Positions 63,164 through 64,000 of a stretch of DNA of 64,000 bases are shown in pieces; position 1 is the first letter of the stretch; each line of letters begins with the position of its first letter. The DNA is from the human T2T-CHM13v2.0 reference genome, Homo sapiens. The stretch is taken from the NCBI RefSeq assembly GCF_009914755.1, contig NC_060947.1, one strand, 5' to 3'. Below the pieces are notes generated by a model. The model did no database searches. It was not told the origin of the DNA and worked only from the letters and a program-made list of their open reading frames with translations. A program made the position numbers and the translations under genes.

Positions 63164-64000
63164 AAAACATACCTCAGAGACATTGTGAGTTCAGTTCCAG
63201 AAACTTTAATAAAATGAATATGGCAATAAAACAAGGCACACAAATTTTTTGGTTTCCCAATGCATATTAGTTAATTTTCATACTGCTATGAAGAAATACC
63301 CAAGACTGGGTAATTTGTAAAGAAAAAAAGGTTTAATGGACTCACAGTTCCACATAACTGAGGAGGCCTCACAATCATGGAGGAGGTGAAGGAGGAGCAA
63401 AGGCCCGTCTTACATGGCAGCAGGCAAGAGAGTGTGTGCAGGGCAACTCTGGTTTTTAAAACCATCAGATCTTGTGAGACTTATTCACTATCATGAGAGC
63501 AGCATAGAGAAAACCCGCCCACATGTTTCAGTTACCTCCCACTGGTTCCCTCCCACTACACATGGGAATTACAGGAGTGACAATTCAAGATGAGATTTGA
63601 GGGGGGACACAACCAAACCATATCAACATAAAAGTTAGGTTTACACTATACTGTAGTCTATTAAATATGCAATGGAATTTTATCTAAAACAAAACAATGT
63701 ACATACGTTAATTTTAAAAATACTTTATTGATAAAAAATGCTAGCAATCATCTTAGTCTTTAGCCAGTCATAATTTTTTCCTGGTAAAGGATCTTGCCTT
63801 GATGTGGATGGCTACTGTAAGAGTGATAGTTGCTGAAGGTTGGAACGGATGTGGCAGTTTCTTAAAACAAGACAGCAATGAAGTTTGCTTCATCGATTGA
63901 CTCTTCCTTTCACTAAAGATTTTCATTTAGCATGTGATGCTGATTGATAGCGTGTTACCCACTGTTGAACTACTTTCAAATTTGGAGTCAAAAATCTCAA
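63164..64000 (-). mobile_element. Tigger1 DNA transposon end, running off the window and split by a THE1 LTR
   Basis: catacctcagagacattgtgagttcagttccaga...tttacactatactgtagtctatt...catcgattgactcttcctttcac matches Tigger1 as I recall it. Confidence 0.88.
63263..63625 (-). mobile_element. THE1-family MaLR solo LTR
   Basis: tattagtt...ctgctatgaagaaatacccaagactgggtaattt...aaccaaaccatatca. Confidence 0.9.

Overview
Primate, most likely human, AT-rich non-coding DNA dominated by interspersed repeats: 16 Alus, several L1PA/L1MA/L1ME fragments, L2/MIR relics, ERV1 and MaLR LTR elements, and Tigger/MER DNA transposons. I see no intact protein-coding gene, and almost every ORF in the track is repeat-derived. 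The one gene-derived feature is a disabled, intronless RBMX2 retrocopy on the minus strand (~15991-19625), split by a 5'-inverted L1. I found no convincing new biological system. The most unusual signals are retrotransposition and repair scars: an Alu with a 5' inversion (20551-20810), three separate inverted insertions within ~11 kb, a perfect 23-bp inverted repeat with a nested hairpin in an MLT1 LTR, an L1MA with both ends and TSDs whose middle is replaced by a MaLR fragment, and several deletion junctions. Subfamily names come from my recall of consensus sequences, not from a RepeatMasker run. Boundaries of old repeats are approximate.
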